The position numbers and the translations under genes are program-made. Below are positions 60,236 to 64,000 of a stretch of DNA of 64,000 bases, piece after piece (the first letter of the stretch is position 1; every line of letters starts with the position of its first letter). This stretch comes from Octopus vulgaris (Eukaryota), in contig OX597830.1 of NCBI GenBank assembly GCA_951406725.2, forward strand, positions 9,610,001-9,674,000, in the 5' to 3' direction. The notes below the pieces were generated by a model. It did no database searches. It was given only the letters and a program-made list of their open reading frames with translations, and was not told the origin of the DNA.

Positions 60236-60805
60236 ATATACATATATACATATACATATATATGGATGTGTATATATATACATATATATATATGTATATA
60301 TACTATATAAATATAAATATATGTATGTATGCATATATATATCTGTGTGTATATATGTAGTCTTAATGGGCTCTAGAAGAGAGACATATTGTACCTCACC
60401 AACTAAAACAAAGCTAAATAGCAGAATATGGTGGATAAGGATCTTGTCAAAGGATGGTATATGGTTTCATTCCCAGATGAAATTAGTTGCTGTGATTTCC
60501 TAGCTAGATAAGTACTCTATTACTGTAGAATATTTGTTTTCCATATCAAAGAATTGGAGAAAGCCACCAAGGAGAGAGCTATGTCGATTGAACTCAGCTT
60601 AAGGTGGTTGCTTTGGGCAAGATACTGGAGGCTTCTTCAGAGGGCACAAATGTTAGGCAAGGAAAATGCGGGAAATCCAGTTAGAATAATAGAGAAGGGT
60701 AAATAAGATAAGATAGAGTAGAATAGGTAAAAATAAAAAAAATAGTAAATAATGGAATATAATATATATGGTACGAACTTCATTTTAAGGTGTTATTATA
60801 ATCCA

Positions 60806-61177
60806 CTAGCAGTATCGCCCGGCGTTGCTCGGGTTTGTAAGGGAAATAACTATAAAGCATTTTTAGAGAGTTATAGCCAAAAAATGGAAAAAAATTATGG
60901 TAAATTTTTTTTGAGAGTTAAAAAGGTCGAGTTGCGTCCCCTAGACAGCCTGTGGTTTGTGTTTTTGATTCTCGACCCCATGTCAAATTTATCGATTTTT
61001 TTCAGAACTGGGGGAACTTTTCAAAATTTTCGCTGCGTTAGTTTTGAATTATGACATTGGGCTATGTGTGTGTCAAGTTTTATCAGAATCAGTTGAAAGC
61101 CGTGGTCAGAGTGAGGGTACAACCTAACAGACACACAGACACGCAGACAGACAAACTGCCGTTTATATATAGAGAGA
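60806..61177 (-). mobile_element. Non-autonomous Helitron
   Basis: Minus strand A|TC...CCCGAGCAACGCCGGG..CTAG|T. The empty site (ATCCA|TG) can be reconstructed from the opposite arm of the host foldback. Confidence 0.9.
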
Positions 61178-61556
61178 TGATATTCCATCCTCTGGTAAGT
61201 AAGTTAAGTGACTCTCAGGAGATATATCCGTGGGCTGCACGGTTAACATCGTGATTCTATTATACTGCAGCCTATGGATATATCTCCTGAGAGTGACTTT
61301 ACTTACCACAGGAATAACATGGATTATAATAAAATCTTAAAATGAAGTTCTTACTTTTCCTTACCATCTCTATTACAATACATTATTTATTATATTTTTA
61401 TTTTTACCCATTTTACTCTATCTTATCTTGTTTACCATACTCTGTTATTCTAACTGAATTTCCCACATATTAGTTTCCTAACATTTGTACTCTCTGAAGG
61501 AACCTTGAGGCTCAACCCTTACCCAGTCTCTGTCCAATGTTTGTTCATCCCTGTAT

Positions 61557-61623
61557 ATCACTGACGTGATGAGGATGACTTAGAAAATTCTGAGGCCTCA
61601 TGGCAGAAACGGCCGTAGGTGAT
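61557..61623 (+). ncRNA. Decayed hammerhead motif
   Basis: ATCAC..ATGAGG..CCTCAT-GGCA-GAAAC-GGCC-GTA-GGTGAT; palindromic ACGGCCGT helix III, disrupted CUGANGA. Confidence 0.55.
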
Positions 61624-61974
61624 CTATATCAGTACACTCATCTATTACTATTAGTCATTCATCTCTCTCTATATATATCTGTTTACATATTTATTGGCTT
61701 ATCACATTCGTTTACTTGTACCATTTAAACACGTTTGTTACTTAATACATGGATATAATGGAATGTTTACTGGCTGATGTTTGTCGATTTTATATCCTCT
61801 CCATTTTCTTATATGCCTTATAAATCCTGGGTAAATTGCCAATTTACCGCCACCCATACCTAGTATTCAATTGCGATATTGCCCTCCAATAGTAAGTACT
61901 TGGTTAAAAATACGTAGGTACACACTCAGTAGTATATTGGATATTTAATATCCCTTAGATGGTTTCTTAACCTC

Positions 61975-62011
<37 letters not shown>

Positions 62012-62045
62012 TTGTGTGTGTATGCATATATATATATATATACTT

Positions 62046-62079
<34 letters not shown>

Positions 62080-62081
62080 GC

Positions 62082-62124
<43 letters not shown>

Positions 62125-62637
62125 AAGATAGATAGATAAACCGAAAATCATGCGGATAAGTTTAGATAAATGCTTCTATATATAGATATACGGGTGTATA
62201 TACATACTTACATATATACATATACATAGTATATATATATACACACACACATATATATATATATATGTGTGTGTGTGTAAACACACGCACACACATACGT
62301 ATACATGTCGCATATAAATATGTAAATATTTAATGTTTTAGTGACTGACGCATACTTTCATATTTCTAAATATTTTTTTATGTTTATTTTATAAGTTGAT
62401 ACCACAGATACAATACGATATACAGAACGACCTTGTCAGACACATAGTTTATTGTTAAGAAATACGCAATGTTTTAAAGAATAGCATGTGACGTTGTAAC
62501 GAAATACTATAAATATTTATTTAATCATTGCAAACACCAATTTAGTAAACAATGCGAATTACTTACGGTAACATGACCAGCAATAACCATTGATTGGTCG
62601 CCATTTTTGTTATTACTATTATTATTATATTTATTAT

Positions 62638-63040
62638 ACTCTTTTATTCTTTACTCTTTTACTTGTTTCAATCATTTGACTGCGGCCATGCTGGAGCACC
62701 ACCTTTAGTCGAGCAAATCGACCCCGGGACTTATTCTTTGTAAGCCCAGTACTTATTCTATCGGTCTCTTTTGCCGAACCCCTAAGTGACGGGGACGTAA
62801 TCACACCAGCATCGGTTGTCAAGCAATGCTAGGGGGACAAACACAGACACACAAACACACATACATATATATATATATATACATATATTCGACAGGCTTC
62901 TTTTCAGTTTCCGTCTACCAAATCCACTCACAAGTTTGGTCGGCCTGGGGCTATAGCAGAAGACACTTGCCTAAGATGCTACGCAGTGGGACTGAACCCG
63001 GAACCATGTGGCTGGTTAGCAAGCTACTTACCACACAGCC

Positions 63041-63044
<4 letters not shown>
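62638..63044 (-). mobile_element. Dominant SINE, near full length
   Basis: Same family as other copies. Confidence 0.9.
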
Positions 63045-63104
<60 letters not shown>

Positions 63105-63125
63105 ATTCTTCTTCTTCTTCTTCTT

Positions 63126-63203
<78 letters not shown>

Positions 63204-63204
63204 T

Positions 63205-64000
63205 TTTTTTTTTTATAGCGTGCTTTCACTTCACTACCGAGCGCAGCTCTGTGTGCCTTGGGTATGTGCTGTGATTTGTTGTGATGCTCTGATGGTTATT
63301 GTATGGAAAGTGTTCTGCGTAGGATGTGTGCAGTGCCTAGTAGTGCAATTTTCTGTATGTTATATGTGTTTGTAAGTCCTGGTGTTTTTGTTATGTATTT
63401 GTCTGAATATTTTTTTATCATGCCTAATGCACCTACTATGATAGGAATTGTTTCTGTTTTCAGATTCCACATTCTAGTTATCTCTATTTCCAGGTCTTTG
63501 TATTTTGAGAGTTTCTCCATTTCTTTTAGAGACACGTTGTCATCTGCCGGTATTGATACATCAATTAGAAAGCATTTTTTTCTTCACGATCTCTGACAAC
63601 TATATCTGGTCTGTTGGCCTTAATTTCTCTATCTGTGTGTATCGGCATATCCCAGAGTATGGTTGCTTTCTCGTTTTCTGTGACCTTTTCTGGTGTGTGC
63701 CTAAACCATCTTTTTTCTGTTGTTATTCCATAATGTTGGCATAGCTTCCAATGTATGTAAGTTCCAACTCTGTCATGTCTGTGAATATATTCCTTCTTAG
63801 CCAGGACTGGGCAGCTAGAGATAATATGATTTATTGTTTCTTGTCCATCTCCACATATTCTGCAGTTACTTGTAATATTTCTTTTCATTACATGTTTTTG
63901 GTAATTTCTGGTGGGGAGGCTTTGGTCTTGTGCTGCAATTAAAAATCCCTCTGTTTCTGCTTTGAGTCCTGAGCTTCTCAACCATTGCTGGGATTATTAT
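63205..64000 (-). mobile_element. R4/Dong-like non-LTR retrotransposon 3' region (runs off the window)
   Basis: ETEGFLIAAQDQ..CRICG..ETINHIISSC (CCHC)..RHD..NRPDIVVRD / LIDVSIPAD..KEMEKLSKYKDL..PIIVGALG (REL endonuclease). Frameshift in an A-run at ~63575. 3' end joins (TAA)n, the known Dong target. Confidence 0.92.

Overview
Eukaryotic, AT-rich, gene-poor window. The SINE and LINE repertoire suggests an octopus (cephalopod) intron or intergenic region; this is inferred from family resemblance, not from a database search. No host protein-coding exon can be supported, and almost all listed ORFs are microsatellite artefacts. Recognisable content: (TA)n, (CA)n, (TAA)n, (GATA)n and (GAT)n tracts; many tRNA-derived SINEs of at least four types; a CR1-type LINE 3' end; R4/Dong-like REL LINE fragments; a 5'-truncated Penelope-like element (RT thumb plus GIY-YIG); decayed mariner and Tc1 elements; and two non-autonomous Helitrons. 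The most striking signal is more than a dozen minimal type-I hammerhead ribozyme (HHR) motifs from several unrelated short non-coding families. Most sit in or beside (TA)n tracts, and several are enclosed by inverted copies of their own tail. One HHR has a compensatory G3:C8 core swap and one family has A6->U in all three copies. Several near-perfect snap-back palindromes are also present, one exactly at the Penelope 5' truncation point. Together these suggest a diverse set of ribozyme-bearing, microsatellite-targeting, non-autonomous Penelope-dependent elements.
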